Positions 25,407 to 38,949 are shown, numbered from the whole stretch's first letter. The stretch is 52,541 nt of DNA, filler included, from Jimgerdemannia flammicorona (GCA_003990765.1; 2 parts of 2 records of this genome joined end to end with filler, not necessarily neighbours in it); one strand, 5' to 3'. A program made the numbers and translations. The notes: generated by a model from the sequence alone, not told the origin.

Positions 25407-25520
25407 TTCAGTTATGTTCTTTATTCATCTCCCTTATATATGCTCTTCTACATATCTTCTGTTCACTTTGACACTGGTTCTGGGTTTACTTTCCTAGCTC
25501 CCACTGGACCCTTCTTCTCC
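25407..25520 (+). repeat. PLE terminal direct repeat copy 2, right part
   Basis: Aligns with ~960-1064 and, at its end, with 15700-15717. Confidence 0.75.
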
Positions 25521-26211
25521 ACTGCCATTCAAATGAAGAGACTCTCTTGTAAAAAAGAAAACACCTACTTCATCTATACTATACAAGAAGTTATCAAAGC
25601 TTCAAGTAGTCCAATCCTATCAGAAGCTCAAGAACTGTTTGAGAAATTCCAAAATATATTTCAGGATCCCCAAGGACTTCCACCTAAGTACCAAATCCAC
25701 CTAAGTACCAAATCCAACATGGAATTAACCTTATTTCAGATTCTAAACCTCCATACAAGAGTATCTACCAACTGACCCAACCCAAACTCAAGACCCTCAA
25801 GGATGAGCTGATCAAACTATTAACCTAAAGATATGTTGAACCCAGCCACTCTCCATTTGGAGCCCCCATTCTGTTTGTCAAGAAGAAGGATGGCTCTCTG
25901 CAAATATATATTGACTACAGAGCTCTCAATAAGATCACTATCAAGAATCAATATGTCTTACCTAGGATTGATGAGTTGTTATATCAGATCTTCAAGGCCA
26001 AGACCTTTACTCTACTAGACTTATGAAATAATTACCACTAGATTCTCATTGATGAGAAGGACATTGAGAAGACAGCTTTCTGAATATGGTTTAGACACTA
26101 CCAGTTCTGAGTCATGTCTTTTGGTTTGACCAATATACTAGTAACATTTCAATATCTAATGAATGACATCTTTGGATCACTGCTCAATATTTGTGTCCTG
26201 ATATATATTGA
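25521..26211 (+). mobile_element. Gypsy family B fragment (PR-RT linker to YID), probably part of copy B2
   Basis: Reverse-complement match to ~9270-9950; contains a 17-bp tandem duplication at 25680-25713. Confidence 0.85.
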
Positions 26212-26221
26212 TTTTTTTTTT

Positions 26222-26321
26222 NNNNNNNNNNNNNNNNNNNNNNNNNNNNNNNNNNNNNNNNNNNNTTAATTAATTAANNNNNNNNNNNNNNNNNNNNNNN
26301 NNNNNNNNNNNNNNNNNNNNN
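26222..26321. other. Assembly gap with artificial TTAATTAATTAA linker (26266-26277)
   Basis: N runs flanking a six-frame-stop 12-mer. Confidence 0.97.
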
Positions 26322-27875
26322 CCCCCTCGGGGCGCCCCCCCCCACTATCTCTTCTTTGTGAAAGACTACTTTGTCGAACACTATCCCCACCCTCCCACCA
26401 CTCTGCTCACAGATCTTCATCACCAAACCTTGACGTCATCCCCCCTGAAGTCCCCCACCCACCCACCATCCGGTCAGTAGATCCCCCACCAGCTCCTCCT
26501 ACCATAATACCTTCTCACGTAGCCCCAACTGCTGCCTCTCCTCAAATACGAAAAGCAATGTCCTGCCAGTCCCACCCATACTGCTAACACCCATCCTACA
26601 GTGAGCCAACTATCCCCCACCCCACCCACAAGCCGAGATTTTAAGTCCTCCCAGCGACCCCACTCCCCCACCAGCCGATGCTCAACACCCAGTCTATCCC
26701 TGATCTCAGCCCAAAATTCCCCCAAGACCTCACACTCTCCCAGCCAATGTTCTGGCATCTGAACATAACCCCCAGCTTGCCCAACATCATAACACTCCTT
26801 GCAGTCAAATCATCCACCCTCTACTAAATGCCCTGAGTGGAAATTCAGCATGACATTCCTCCGCAACATTCTCCACCACACTACCCAGTACTTGGGAGGG
26901 AGCCACCACCATACCTCAGCACTCCAAGACCAGATGCCTGCCCAGTCCCACTCCTCTCCAATTCCAACTGCCTGCCAGCCACTTGGCCAAAGGTCCCGAC
27001 CAAACCCCTGCTGACACTCCACTCCCTCCCCAATATCGAATGCAGTCAAGGGAGTACCCCCCAGGAGCAGTCTATCCCAACACCACATATTAGGCCCCCA
27101 CGCCACCTCCCCCTCATCACCCTACCAGTGCAGGCCAATTCAGTGGGCACCCTCACCCACTCCCCACCAAAACCCCTTGAACTGCAGTCTCCGAACTCCA
27201 TTCAGCCCCACCAAAGAGAGCAGATCCCCAGAGGACCCTCGAGGGGATATTCACATCTCCCATACCTTCTGCAGCAGAGGCACCCAACCTCCACCCTACA
27301 ATTCCACAGCTCTCTTCAGCCACCAGGCTCTCAAGCAGTGCAGCCTCTTAGGGAAATCCACCAGGCCAAGACCTCCCCTGACTACTGGTCTCACAAGAGT
27401 ATCCCAACTGACCTGGGACCTCCTCCCCGCCCAAATCCAATCCCTAGCCGCCTTCATTAGCTTCTTCACCACTCATGCTGAGAAGTCTAGGTGATATGCT
27501 ACATACCACAGCTTTGGGAACCAATATACATTCAGGATTGACACCTGCCCTGCTAGAGAGATATGGCAGCCTCCCCATCCTCGAAAGGCCTCCCCCCAAC
27601 TGTTCACCCTGCCCTCCCACCACACTCGTGGCAAGACAGAACCATATACAGAGAGAAAGATGCCCAGATACTGCACTACCTCACCAGTAGGGACAATTGT
27701 TCCAATGACGTCCCCACCCACTAACCCATTTCCTAGCACCATTGTCTCACACTTATGCCAGTTGAGTTTCGCCCCTGAATGAGCCTCATACCATTCCACA
27801 GTCTCCTGAAGTGCTGCTACATCCGCCACAGACCCAAGTCCAACCACCATATCATCAGCAAAGGCCTCCACCTTT
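26322..27875 (-). mobile_element. L1/Tx1-like LINE copy d, 5'-truncated ORF2 3' part (relatively CpG-retaining)
   Basis: EAFADDMVVG...YLGIFL...ISLAGQVSILNVYWFPKLWY; PEHWLGEC; the T run at 26212-26221 may be its tail. Confidence 0.88.
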
Positions 27876-30800
27876 CAGGACCATCACTCTTCCTGCCAAG
27901 GAAATGTATCAACTGCCCCACTATATAAGTACATCCCCCCATACCAGGAGTCGCTGTTCCCACTAAGCATGAGGAAGGAGAGATCTATATACAGATGATA
28001 TAGTTGTTGGACTGAGTTCATTGGTAGATGTGAAGGAGTTACAGCAGACTGTGGAATGGTATGAGAGGAGCTCTGGTGTCAGACTCAACTGGCACAAATG
28101 CGAGACTATGGTGTTGGGTAGAGGAATTGTTGGTGGTGATATGATTGGGATAGTGGTGCCAGCAGGGGAGCCTGTTTGCTATCTGGGGATCTACTTCTCA
28201 TCCAAACCCCCAATTTGATAACTGATCCTATTCAATAGGGGCTCCGAGGAAAGTGCATACAAGATGAGTGACAAAGAATCCCCCTGTGGCACCCTGTAAT
28301 CTAGAGGAAAGGTGCCACCCCTGTATCCATTGACCACTAGGGCCACCTGACTGTCCTTCAAAAGACTGATTAATGACCTCTGAAACCCTGGTGAAACACC
28401 CATCTGCTTCAGCACCCCTTTTAGCCAAATCCTCCGCACTCTATCATATGCCTTCTCCTGATCCAGAAACACTAGTCAGCCATCAACCCCAGTAGCTCGA
28501 GCCCCTTCAATCACTCCATGAACCCAGGCTGTCCCATCACATATCAACTGACCACTAACAAAACCTCTCTGCTCAACTCCCAGCACTTGCAGAGTAATCC
28601 CCTACAGCCTGGTCACCAAGATCTTCATAACCAGCTTGCAGTCCATGTCAAGGAGCATGATTGGATGTCAGTTCTTTCAATCTTCCCTCTGTCCCTTATC
28701 CTTAAAGAGTAAAGAGACCAGCCCTAGATGCTGGCCTCCAATCCAAGTTCCAGACTGAAGGACCTCATCACACATCCCTGTCAACTCCTCCAACACTACC
28801 TCCACCCTGGCCATCTTTTTCCAAAAATCCCAGGGAAGCCCCTCCTCTCCCAGGGCTGTCCCCTTGCTAGTTGTAGCCAGGACCTTGCACACCTCCTCCC
28901 CTCTCACTCAGTCCCTCAGAGCCTCTAGACCTATTGCTGGGTTTAGATGCCAACCATCCAACTGCCGTTCAATGTCCAAGGCATCTCCACCCCCTCCTTC
29001 CTCACTCCATAAGTCCTCTCAGTGGGACCTTAGCAATCCCAAAATCACTGGAGTCCCCACCACCATCTCTCCATCCTCATCCAAGATGCCATCCCACTGC
29101 TACTTAGTTCTCCATGCTTGTAATATCTATGATAAAAACTGAGTGGGTTGTTCCTCTTCCTCCAACCCTTGCCACCTCAACCTTGCCACCATCCCCTTCA
29201 ATTTAGCCTCTTCCTCCAATTGTAACACCTCCTGAAGTTCCCTGACCTCCTTCTGAATCCTTGCAATATACCAGTCTACCACCTCTCTACCTTCTAGCAC
29301 TCCTGCCCATCTCTCCAAGAGCATCTCCAGCTACTGTGAGGCCCAGCACACCCTCTGCTGCTGCTGAGCCCTCCTCTCTTTCCCTGCCTCCCTCCAATAT
29401 CCCTGAGCACTTGATTTCAGCCTCCTCCAACAATCTCCTATTGCCATTCCCTGCTCCTGCTATCAACCGATTTTTCCAACAACCTCTGTCTCCCAGGCAG
29501 CCCATAAATTGCTATCCTCCAACAATGAGGAATTGAGCTGCCAATGTCCAGGCCCATCCCTGCTTCCCCTGAACCTCTCCCCCCCAAGCAGACCCCAGTG
29601 GTCAGACAATGGGCACTACACCATCTCCAGCTTGGCCCAGACATCCACTCCCCAATATTCTGCCATTAGTATCCAGTTGATTCTCAAGCCCAGTCCAGCC
29701 ATCCAGTGAGTATAAATTTGATGATTCTCTCAGAACTGTCTCTCTGAGTCCACCAGGGAGCTCAACCTCTTCATCTCCATTCAACTCTCTAATCTGCCAC
29801 TTCATCCCTTCATCCCCCTCCCACTGTCAGTCTGGTCCACTATATTATCTCTTACCATATTGAAATTCCCCCCCAGGCAATCAATTTCAGCCTCAATTAT
29901 GGCACCAGCCTCTTGCAAATTCCTGATCTAGTCTACCTGCTCTCCACTCTCTGCTAGGCAGTAACATGACCCTACTATCAGAGGGCTCCAACCAGGTCTC
30001 TTCCACCCCCCCCCCAATGTCCAATATCACCAATGTCCCCCATCCCCTTCTGCACTAAGATACCCACTCACCCAAACCACACTACTACACCCCCCCACTC
30101 CCTAGTCCAATCCTGAAAGTCCACTTCTGCTTTGTAATATACATCCTGCAGTAAAAAGAGATCTACATCTAGCCCCTTGAGCCAACCAAATATGAACTTC
30201 CATTGAGCTGCCCCCCTCAACCCATTCATATTCAAAGAGAATATTCTAGTTGTATTGTTCATAATGAATAATGTTTTAATGTTATAATCCAGCCTAGTAT
30301 TCTGTGCTCATCTCATCCCCAGCCAGATCCAATCACTGCTCTGCTTCCAAGTCCCCCTCTACTGCAACCTGAGCATCCAATGCCTCTAAGATTTCCTGAC
30401 ATTCCACTCCATCCACCACTTCTATCTCTGCCCAATAGTCAGTGCAGACTACTCTCCACTTCTCCAATCCCTTCCTTGATCCCCACAAGTAAGCAGCCCT
30501 GTCATTTGTAATCTCCTGGAGTTCCTTCTCTCTCTGATCATCGACCTAATACTCAACTGATTCCAATAGTACTGCCAGGATCTCATTCCTAACCTTCCTC
30601 GGCATCTCCTCCCCATGAAGGATTTCCTCCCAATGCTGTTCCTCCATAACCTGGAAGTCCTCTCCCTCCAGCTCCTCTGTTGCCACCCCTTCCAGCATCT
30701 TCCACAGCCTCTTCTCCTCATCTACTGCCTCTGCCATACTCTGGGTGACTTGACCATCCCCCACCCTCAGGTCCACCAGAGCACTCCTCCTCACTGACTC

Positions 30801-32290
30801 ATCCCACTCCTCATCTGAGACATCCAATAACTCCTCCTCACCCCCTGCCCCCCCTGGGTCACTATACTGAGGTGGAACTCCTTTACTCATCTCCATATCC
30901 ACTTCCACACCACCCTGCTCCTCCTTCCTTAGTCGATTCTGGGCTCCACCTTTTGCCCTCTCCCTTCCCCCTGCCCAGTCACTCATATACAATCCTGCTC
31001 TCTCATCTCCTATACTGCTGCCAGCCCCACCACCCCCCAACTTTGCCAGCAGCTCCTGCTGGTTTCTCCTCTCTTGTATCTTCTCCCAGATCACCTTATC
31101 CACCCTGGTCCTCTTCCACTCAATGACTTCCACCACCATCTTCACTTCATACTCCTGCCAAGCCAATCTCCTCCTCTCAATTGCCTCCTCCAGATCCTTG
31201 AGAGTCTTGAGCAAATCTTTCTCCTCTTCCAGAGTCCCCTTCACTTGCATGACCTTGCACTCTACTGTTCCCCACTTTAGAGTCACTGGTCAATTCCACA
31301 TCTTTCTTGTGTTCTCCTTTCTAGTCAGCTGTACCTGGACATCAATGTCACCAGTCTGGAGTTCTGTTCCTTTGTAGACCTTGAACCCAATGTCCACAAT
31401 CTCCCCATACTCCTTGACTGCCCCCACAATCAACTCTCTGGCCCTCTCCCTCAACACCATAGTGAGATCCAACACCATCAACTATACTACTTGGGGGTCC
31501 CAATGCATGCACCAGGCCATAGGGACCACAATAATGCCCACTATCACCCCCTTCTCCATGGTAGCCAACAATGTCCCCTCTTCCTCAAATCCCACCTCTA
31601 CTCTCTCTTTCCCCTTCAAAAACTTTACCAACACTACTCCCTTTGCCTCCTGCACCACTAGCCCTAAGATCATCCTTGCAGTCACCACTAAGCCTCTGAA
31701 GCACATCATGATGGTGAATTCCAACCTTGATTTCTTGAGTAACAGTGCCAACACCATGCCTCTCACCCCATCTGCCAGGTCTCCAGGCCTTGTGCCTACC
31801 CTCCATCCTGATCCATCAATCACTATCATATCTGGATTTTTTTCCAGATCCCCAGTCACCGCCCCATCAGCAGTCACAACACCAGCCCCTACTCCCCCCC
31901 CTCCCCTACCACCAGATGCTCCCTTGGGCACTCCTCCCTGACCCCCAGTGATAGCTGTCAATGCCTTCTCTAGGCCCAGTCAGCCATCCAGACCCAAGGC
32001 CATCCTCCTCATCTTGACCTTGTCAGCAAAGGTCGACCTCTCCCCTCCTTGCTGCCTCAAGTCACCCCTCCCTCCACTACCAGTGCCTTGGCCAGCCATT
32101 GAGGCCCCCTACATCTCCAAACCATCTTCTCTCCTTCCTATCAATTGCCAGCTAAAGGCACCACCACTCCCCTGACCAGTATGCTCACCAGATTGATCAT
32201 TGCCATCTATTGTGATAGTTGTCTGTCACCAAAAAAATTGAGAAAAGTGTTGTCTGAGTCTTGTATAACCTGAATGATACTGTCCACTAG
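27876..32290 (-). mobile_element. L1/Tx1-like LINE copy e (ORF1 ~30270-32206; ORF2 from 30262), 3'-truncated, with an internal inversion
   Basis: MNNTTRIFSLNMNGL; FLDQEKAYDRV; VPQGDSLS; 5' UTR resembles that of LINE c. Confidence 0.88.
27991..28200 (+). other. Inverted RT segment within LINE e
   Basis: TDDIVVGL...LNWHKCETM...YLGIYFS on the + strand, between minus-strand flanks that encode the preceding and following ORF2 segments. Confidence 0.85.
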
Positions 32291-32965
32291 TATGATATCT
32301 ATAAGAATTTCAAGAACAGAAGGTCAATACTACTTTTGAACAGCTAGCTGAAGTTCCTATCTTTAGATAGCAGTTGAGAGTAAAACTTGTAACTACTGTC
32401 AAGAACCAAGAGGTCAAGATCATAGAAGCTCACAATGTATAAGAAGATAAATAAGAAGACTCAGATAAAGAATCTGAAGATTAGTGTAAGATATCAGCCT
32501 ATACTCCATATTGGATTGAAGATTGTATCTTTAATATCATTATTGATACTAGTACTAGAGAATGCCTCATGAGCAAGAAGACAATTAACTGCCTAGGCTG
32601 GGACATTGAAGAATCCATCAAAATGATCTATATTATAGCAGATACATAGTATATGAGCTACTCCCCTAAGTAAAATTTGAGAAGTCTCTATCAAGATAAG
32701 AGGAGCTACTATCTCAGTAGACATGATTGTTACAAGCACTACCAACTATAACATCCTTATTGACAATCAATGGCTTTACAAGGCCAAGACTGTCATTGAC
32801 CTCAATGTCCAGAAGATGCAGATCAACTATAGAGGAAAAAAGATATAAGTCTCTATCAATATCCACAAAGAAGTACTATCAGATATAGAGGAAGGAGATG
32901 AAGAGAACACAGAAGTCTTTATGTACTCAGTGTATAAGTACAAGAGCAAGACACCCAAGCTCATA

Positions 32966-33095
32966 GATGAGCAATAGTACAATAAGATCATCAATGACTA
33001 TACCTCTCAAGTAAGATATCCCCCATGGTACTAAGATGTACTGCTTGAAACACCTGAATAACTGCTGGTCCTATATCAGTGAAGTCAGGAAAATC
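32966..33095 (+). other. C-P-H-x12-C-x2-C module in C (between protease and dUTPase)
   Basis: DEQ*YNKIINDYTSQVRYPHGTKMYCLKHLNNCWSY; the first and last Cys appear as Tyr (TAT), consistent with TGT->TAT decay. Confidence 0.65.
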
Positions 33096-33204
33096 TGCCA
33101 ACAAAAGTATAAGCAAGAAGTCACTGAAGCAAAAAGAAAAGCCAAAAAAGATGACCAGTCTCCAGAGCTTCAAGCTGATAGTGATAATGAGGAGAAATAC
33201 GAAC

Positions 33205-33630
33205 TAGACATTACTCTTAAGGTCAAGAAGCTTCACCCTGAAGCCAAGATCCCAGAATACAAGACTGAAGAAGCTATAGGAATGAACCTTACCAGTATTT
33301 AAGATGCTATCCTCAAACCACAGACCACTACTCTACTTGACACTGGAATTGGAGTCAAGCTGCCAGAGAACTATACCAGAATTATCAAGACTAGGAGCAG
33401 TCTGGCTAAAAGCGAAATCCCAGTTGAAGGAGGAGTAATTGACCCTAATAATACTGATGAGATCTTCCTCATAGTCAGGAATCACAACCCCACCACCCCA
33501 TTTGAAGTCAAGAAGTATAACAGGATTGGACAGATGCTGATCCACAAAGTTAAGAAGCCCAAGATCACTGAAGCCATTGAACTTATCAAGACTAAGAGAA
33601 GTGAACAAGGCTTTAGATCTACTGGAAGAG
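33205..33630 (+). pseudogene. dUTPase domain of C
   Basis: LKVKKLHPEAKIP...TGIGVKLP...TRSSLAK..VEGGVIDP...RIGQML...RSEQGFRSTG. Confidence 0.9.
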
Positions 33631-36383
33631 GAGCCTATGCTACCACTAAGATTACTGAACTTGAGTACAAGAAAGACAAGGACCAGAATAAGTACACATA
33701 TACTATTGGAGAAAAATTTCTCCTAGAACAATATCTCAAGATCCTGTATTAGAATAAAGAAGTACTAACTATAGACTTCAGAGATATCTACAATCAAGAA
33801 CCCAAGTACTACTATAAAGTTAACACTAATAATACCAAGCCCATCTACCAGAAACCCAGACCTATACCACCTGTCTATAGAGAATGGCTGTGAGCAGAAC
33901 TCAAGGAAATGAAAGAAGCTGGAATTATCATACAAGCTATTAGCCCCTGGGTCTCACTTATTGTCCTTGTACCAAAGAAAGGATACAAGCCTGGAGAGTT
34001 TGCTCTAAGACTCTGTATTGATTACAGGAAGCTCAATGCAATTATCAAGAAGAATAGGCAGCCCTTGCCAAATATTCAAGAAATCTTTACCACTCTTGAA
34101 AGTAAAGCCAAATACTACACTATCTTGGATCTGTTCTCAGGCTTTCATCAGATTGGTCTCACTCAAGATACTAGTCAAAAATTAGCCTTCATCATATCTG
34201 ACACTACTTATGTTTACCTGCAAATACTATTTAGAATATATAATGTCCCAGCAAGTTTTCAGCAAATGATAAATGGAGTCTTTAGCAATAAGATTAGAAA
34301 ATGGCTCTTTGTCTATATTGATGATATGATCATCTTCAGCAATACTATATGGGAATATATCAACCATATACAGCTATGTAGCTCTCAAGAAGCTCAAGGA
34401 GCATGGCCTCGATATTAAGCCCAAGAGGTACAAGTTTGTAGCTCAGGAAATCACCTACCTAGAACACATCATCAACCAGACTGAAATTTACACAGACCCC
34501 AGATTGAGACTGTTGCAGCCTACCCAAGACTCAGAATAACTACAGAAGTCCACACCTTCCTTGAACTGGCCTCCTACTACAGTAGATTCATCAAAAGATA
34601 CTTTAATATTATAGTACCTATCTACAAGCTACTGAAGAAGACAACAAAATTTAAATAGACTAAGAAATATTAAGAAATCTTCAATAAACTCAAGACCAGG
34701 TTGACCCAAGCACCCATCCTCAGAAGACCAGATTGGAACCTAGAGTTCATCCTGCAGACAGATATAAGTATTATAAGACTTAGAGTAGTCCTAGCTCAGA
34801 AGAAAGATGGACATAAATATGTCATCTCCTATATAAGCTGAGATATCTATAGAGTAGAACAGAACTATGAGTAATGCAAGCTTGAATGCTCAGCAGTAGT
34901 TTAGACAGTAGATAAGTTCCACTACTACCTAGCTGAGAAATACTTCACTATCTAAACAAACTATTCCACTCTCACCTAACTATTCTACACTCTGAACTCC
35001 AAAGAAATATATGCTAGTTAGATCTACAGACTGTAAGAGTATGACTGTACTGTCAAGTACTGCTCAGGAAGAATCAATGCCAATACTGATACACTCTCAA
35101 GGATACTCTGAAATATTCCCATCAAGACTATTCAATATAAATAAGGAGCTATACTATGGATTAATCAGCTACCTTAGGCAGTGGAAGATGCCCAACTACT
35201 TCAAACCCTGGACTTCACTATTATCAACTAGACTTGAAAAAAATTTGAACTAGACAACACCATACTCAGAAAAGGTAGAAAGCTCATAATACCCAAATAC
35301 AAGAAGTATTAGGTAATGAAGAAAGCATATAAACAAGGACACCTTGAAGGAATCAATATATGACAAAGTAAGCAGAACTATGTAGTGGCCTAAGATAGAT
35401 GAAGACTGTGCCAATTTGTCAAAGGGTGTGACAAGTACTAAAAACAGAAACAAAATCAATAAGACCAGATATCTGGGTCATCAAGAATTGAGTCTATCCC
35501 CTTTTATCATATTGTAATAGATATCATTGGACCACTATCAGTAACACTATCAGGAAACTATTATATTATAGTTATCATAGACCTCTTTACTAAATAAATA
35601 GAAGTAAGAGTATTACAAGTATTCAATGCTCTCTTTATAGCCAACTTCCTGTACCAAGAAATCATCTGCTGTTACAAGATACTAAGACAAATCACTACAG
35701 ACTACAGTACAGAATTTATCAATAGATTCTATGAGATAATGTATTAGAAATATAAGATTCAGCATATCAAAACTACTGCATATCACTCTTAAGAAAATAG
35801 ACAGATAGGAAAAATCAATAAGACTCTCAAGAACATTCTGACAAAGATCTCAGACACATATGATAATTGGGATAACTATCTCCCAACTGCCCTCTCTGTC
35901 CTACAAGATATATAGTCACAGAGTATGTACTTTACCCCAAGAGAACTGCTCTTCAGAGAAGAAGATTCCAATGAAACCTCAGCTATAAATCTAGATCTAA
36001 CTTGGAGAAAGATTGACTCAGAAATCTGGAGACTACACCAAATCAGAAAGAAGACTGAAGATATATCATCAAGTCATAAGTGCTGATAAGGAAGAATGTA
36101 AAAAAGAATTACAAGACCCTAGAACTCATCCAAATTGAAGAAAAGGTCCTACTGTATCAAAATATAGTAGAAGTCTTATAGTTGCAAAAACTGGAGCCCA
36201 AATAGGAAGGACCCTTCTATATGTAAGATATCAAGAGAACTATCTTCTGGCTTAGAAAACTCTTAGTAACTATACTGCCCACCATAATATATAGGAATAG
36301 ACTCAAGAAGTACCATGAACCGATATAAGAGAAGTAAAATATAATGATCACTCATGAGATTTTAGTCCACAAATCATAACAAT

Positions 36384-36900
36384 ATGTCCCATGACCAGTA
36401 GGCAATCTGTCTGGACCATTTTCTAAGAGATATAGCACTAGCAACTACTTATTAGTGAGACTTTCAAAGCCAGAGAAGTTTGAACTATCAACTGATTGAT
36501 CAAGATCAAAATCAGACCCTTGCTCTATATAAAGAAAGTGACTCTTTACCATTATGTCAAAATACATAGAGAAGATACCAGCCCATAAACACTACTTTTC
36601 AACCTCCTGTCAGAGGTTATGGGATTAGCAAATTTTTCAGACTAGACTAATAAATAAGGATACTCAAGAAAAGATCCTTATTTAGGAGAAAGATATAACA
36701 GTAATCTCAGAATAATGATATCATCATAGGAGACAGCCTTTTCTTATAAGTTATCAGATCAGAGCACAAGAAGATCATATGGCATAACTCACCCAGGCTA
36801 CAAGATGAGCAATAATGACCAACTGTGAGTCATCATGACCACAAGACAGATATCTCAAGAAATATAAAAGAAGGATCAAGAAACTGCAGTAGTAGCAAAC
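36384..36900 (+). pseudogene. Possible first accessory ORF of C
   Basis: MSHDQ*AICLDHFLRDIALATTY..DFQSQRSLN resembles the N-terminus of the shared accessory family; the remainder is too decayed to align. Confidence 0.35.
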
Positions 36901-36945
36901 CAATCAAAGCTCACAGAAATAGTTCAAAAGACTTACTAAAAACAA

Positions 36946-37752
36946 ATGCCTGCTGCTCACTAAACCTCAAGGTCCAGAAACCACCAAGGCTCCTCAGTCC
37001 TGGAAAGGATGTTTCAAGACATCAGAAAAGCTATAAAGACCTATACAAGAAGGACTCCTAGCCTCAACCTGGGTGCTGGTAACCCTTATTATTATATTCT
37101 CTACTACTACAAAATAGAAACAAGGATCACTATCCCTACTGAATGTCTCTAGATATAGTAGAAATATAAAATAAAAAATCACCTCTGCCAGGAATTCCCT
37201 CAGACCAGTCCCTAAGAAATATAAGATATTACTTCTATGGATACATATGAAATAAAGATAGTAAAGAAGATTTAGCAGGTCTTCAGACATGTACTGTGAT
37301 CAATTTCCAACTTAGAGTATACTAGAATCTCAGACTTCAAGAAACTATTAATCTGCCATACCAATGTACTAGAGGCCATAGTGGCCACAGAAGTCCAGTC
37401 TACATCACTCTTAATAGTGATAAAGTAGAAGAATTCTGGAATCCCATCTTTCAGAACAATCTGGATCAATTTCTGCAAGGAATGATCTCAGTATTTCAAG
37501 GCCCCAGTATCTAGGTTAGATCTCTCCAAGATCCTACATTTGTCTCTTATTTTGTAAAAGAGAACCTCATAGACTAGAGACCCCCAGACCTTCTTGTTCT
37601 TCCTGCCACTGAATGTGATGATGTCATCAGTGATGACATCATCCCACATAATATATGTGAAATATATAAAATAGATGAAATATTCATAGATCTCATTTTC
37701 TTTAGTAGTAATGAAGATGAAGCCCCTATGGTCTGGAAAATTCTGCTCTAAG
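36946..37752 (+). pseudogene. Family C 3' accessory ORF, homologous to those of A and B
   Basis: LERMFQDIRKAI..SLNL...DITSMDTYEIKIVKKI.QVFRHVL.SISNLEY..SDFKKL...EFWNPIFQNNLDQFLQG; one frameshift near 37398. Confidence 0.7.
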
Positions 37753-38155
37753 TTCTTAGTAATACTGAAATCTACTAGTATCCTGAACTTATACAACCAT
37801 TTATACAGATATTTAAATTTATACTTACAACTGTAGTTTTCTATATTCTAGTATTTTATTTAGTTATTAGAATTTATATTTAGCTTTATAACTTATCAAT
37901 CATTGAATCATATTTTATATAAATATTCCTCTTATTTTCTTTGAAATAAAGTCAGTCAATTTTACTTATACTCAATTTCATATAAGTAATCTAAGAGATA
38001 ACAAGACAGTTTAAAGATAAGAAGTTTGAGGACTATAAGACCTTGAGAAGGTACTCCAATAAGAACTTGCTTATAACAAACTTATAGTTAGTCTAATAAA
38101 TATATCTTAAAGAGAATCTGATATAATTGAAGGACTCAGTAATCACTATATTACA

Positions 38156-38272
38156 CTAGGTATTATGAGATATTACTAAAGATTTATCTAAGAATACTTT
38201 ATTATCATAGCCTTACTGATTAGTCTGATCTACAAAGGAGTAAACATCAAGACTAAATAGACCCCTGAGTAT
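38156..38272 (+). mobile_element. Gypsy B2 RT C-terminal piece (left flank of the A insertion)
   Basis: Matches the reverse complement of ~8920-9035; continues at 48701. Confidence 0.85.
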
Positions 38273-38949
38273 TGTAAGAGGGTTGCTTTTTAGGGTAACC
38301 ATTACATAGTTCCGGAAAGGTTTTCTGGAAGTTCTAGATATTCTGGAAGACCATTTTCTTTATGGTCAAGATCAATTTCATATAGAGTATATCCTCTATG
38401 CTTATTGATTTCAAGATCAGGTTGACATCTCAACCAAAGTCCTTCTTCAGACTAGTTCTGGATGTTCAGGAATTCTGTATTTCAGGAAGTTCAAGAAACT
38501 AAGACCAGCTCAGTTGAATTGGCATATCGCTGTAGACAATACCCAATTAGGAAATTTCATGATGGGGTTAGGAGTAGGACCTAACGGGGAGTGGATTTAC
38601 TTAAGAGTGGTTTGTAGGTTATTTGAATGAGTTTATTTGCTATTCATGATATTGCTATACTAGGAGTAGTTGTGTGAAGGGATATTGTGGGGAAGTATTC
38701 AGGAATGTTCTTGTGTGTTCGAGTCTGAGATTCTGAGGTCTGGGGGTGGGGGTATTTATACTAGTGAGGGGCTATCTGAACTATGCTGAATATGGATGTA
38801 GCACTAAGTGCTTTGCTGAGTCAGAATGCAGTCACATAGTACAAGTGTGATCTGACATGTCAAAAGATCGTCTGGCTGCTGAGTCAGTTCACAGTCATGT
38901 TATATAAGGCTAATCTAACTATACTATGACTGCTAGGTTATTTATGAGT

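Larger units (their letters stand above)
32291..36328 (+). pseudogene. pol: Family C gag-end/pol polyprotein
   Basis: Domain motifs as listed for the element; stop after LKKYHEPI at ~36328. Confidence 0.85.
32291..38155 (+). mobile_element. Ty3/Gypsy family C, 5'-truncated (PR-CPH module-dUTPase-RT-RH-IN, no chromodomain, 3' accessory ORFs, 3' LTR)
   Basis: IIIDTS (PR); SPWVSLIVLVPKK..LRLCIDYRKLN, LDLFSGFHQI and YIDD (RT); DIIGPL (IN); ends TATTACA at 38155, where family B sequence resumes. Confidence 0.85.
36340..38155 (+). repeat. Putative long 3' LTR of C (start uncertain)
   Basis: Purine run AAGAGAAGTAAAA right after the IN stop, then TATAAT (possibly decayed TGTAAT) pairing with terminal ATTACA; alternative start TGTGAT at 37614; no sister LTR in the window. 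Confidence 0.4.

Noticed and set aside
26266..26277. TTAATTAATTAA palindrome within the N run
   Set aside because: Artificial scaffold linker with stops in all six frames
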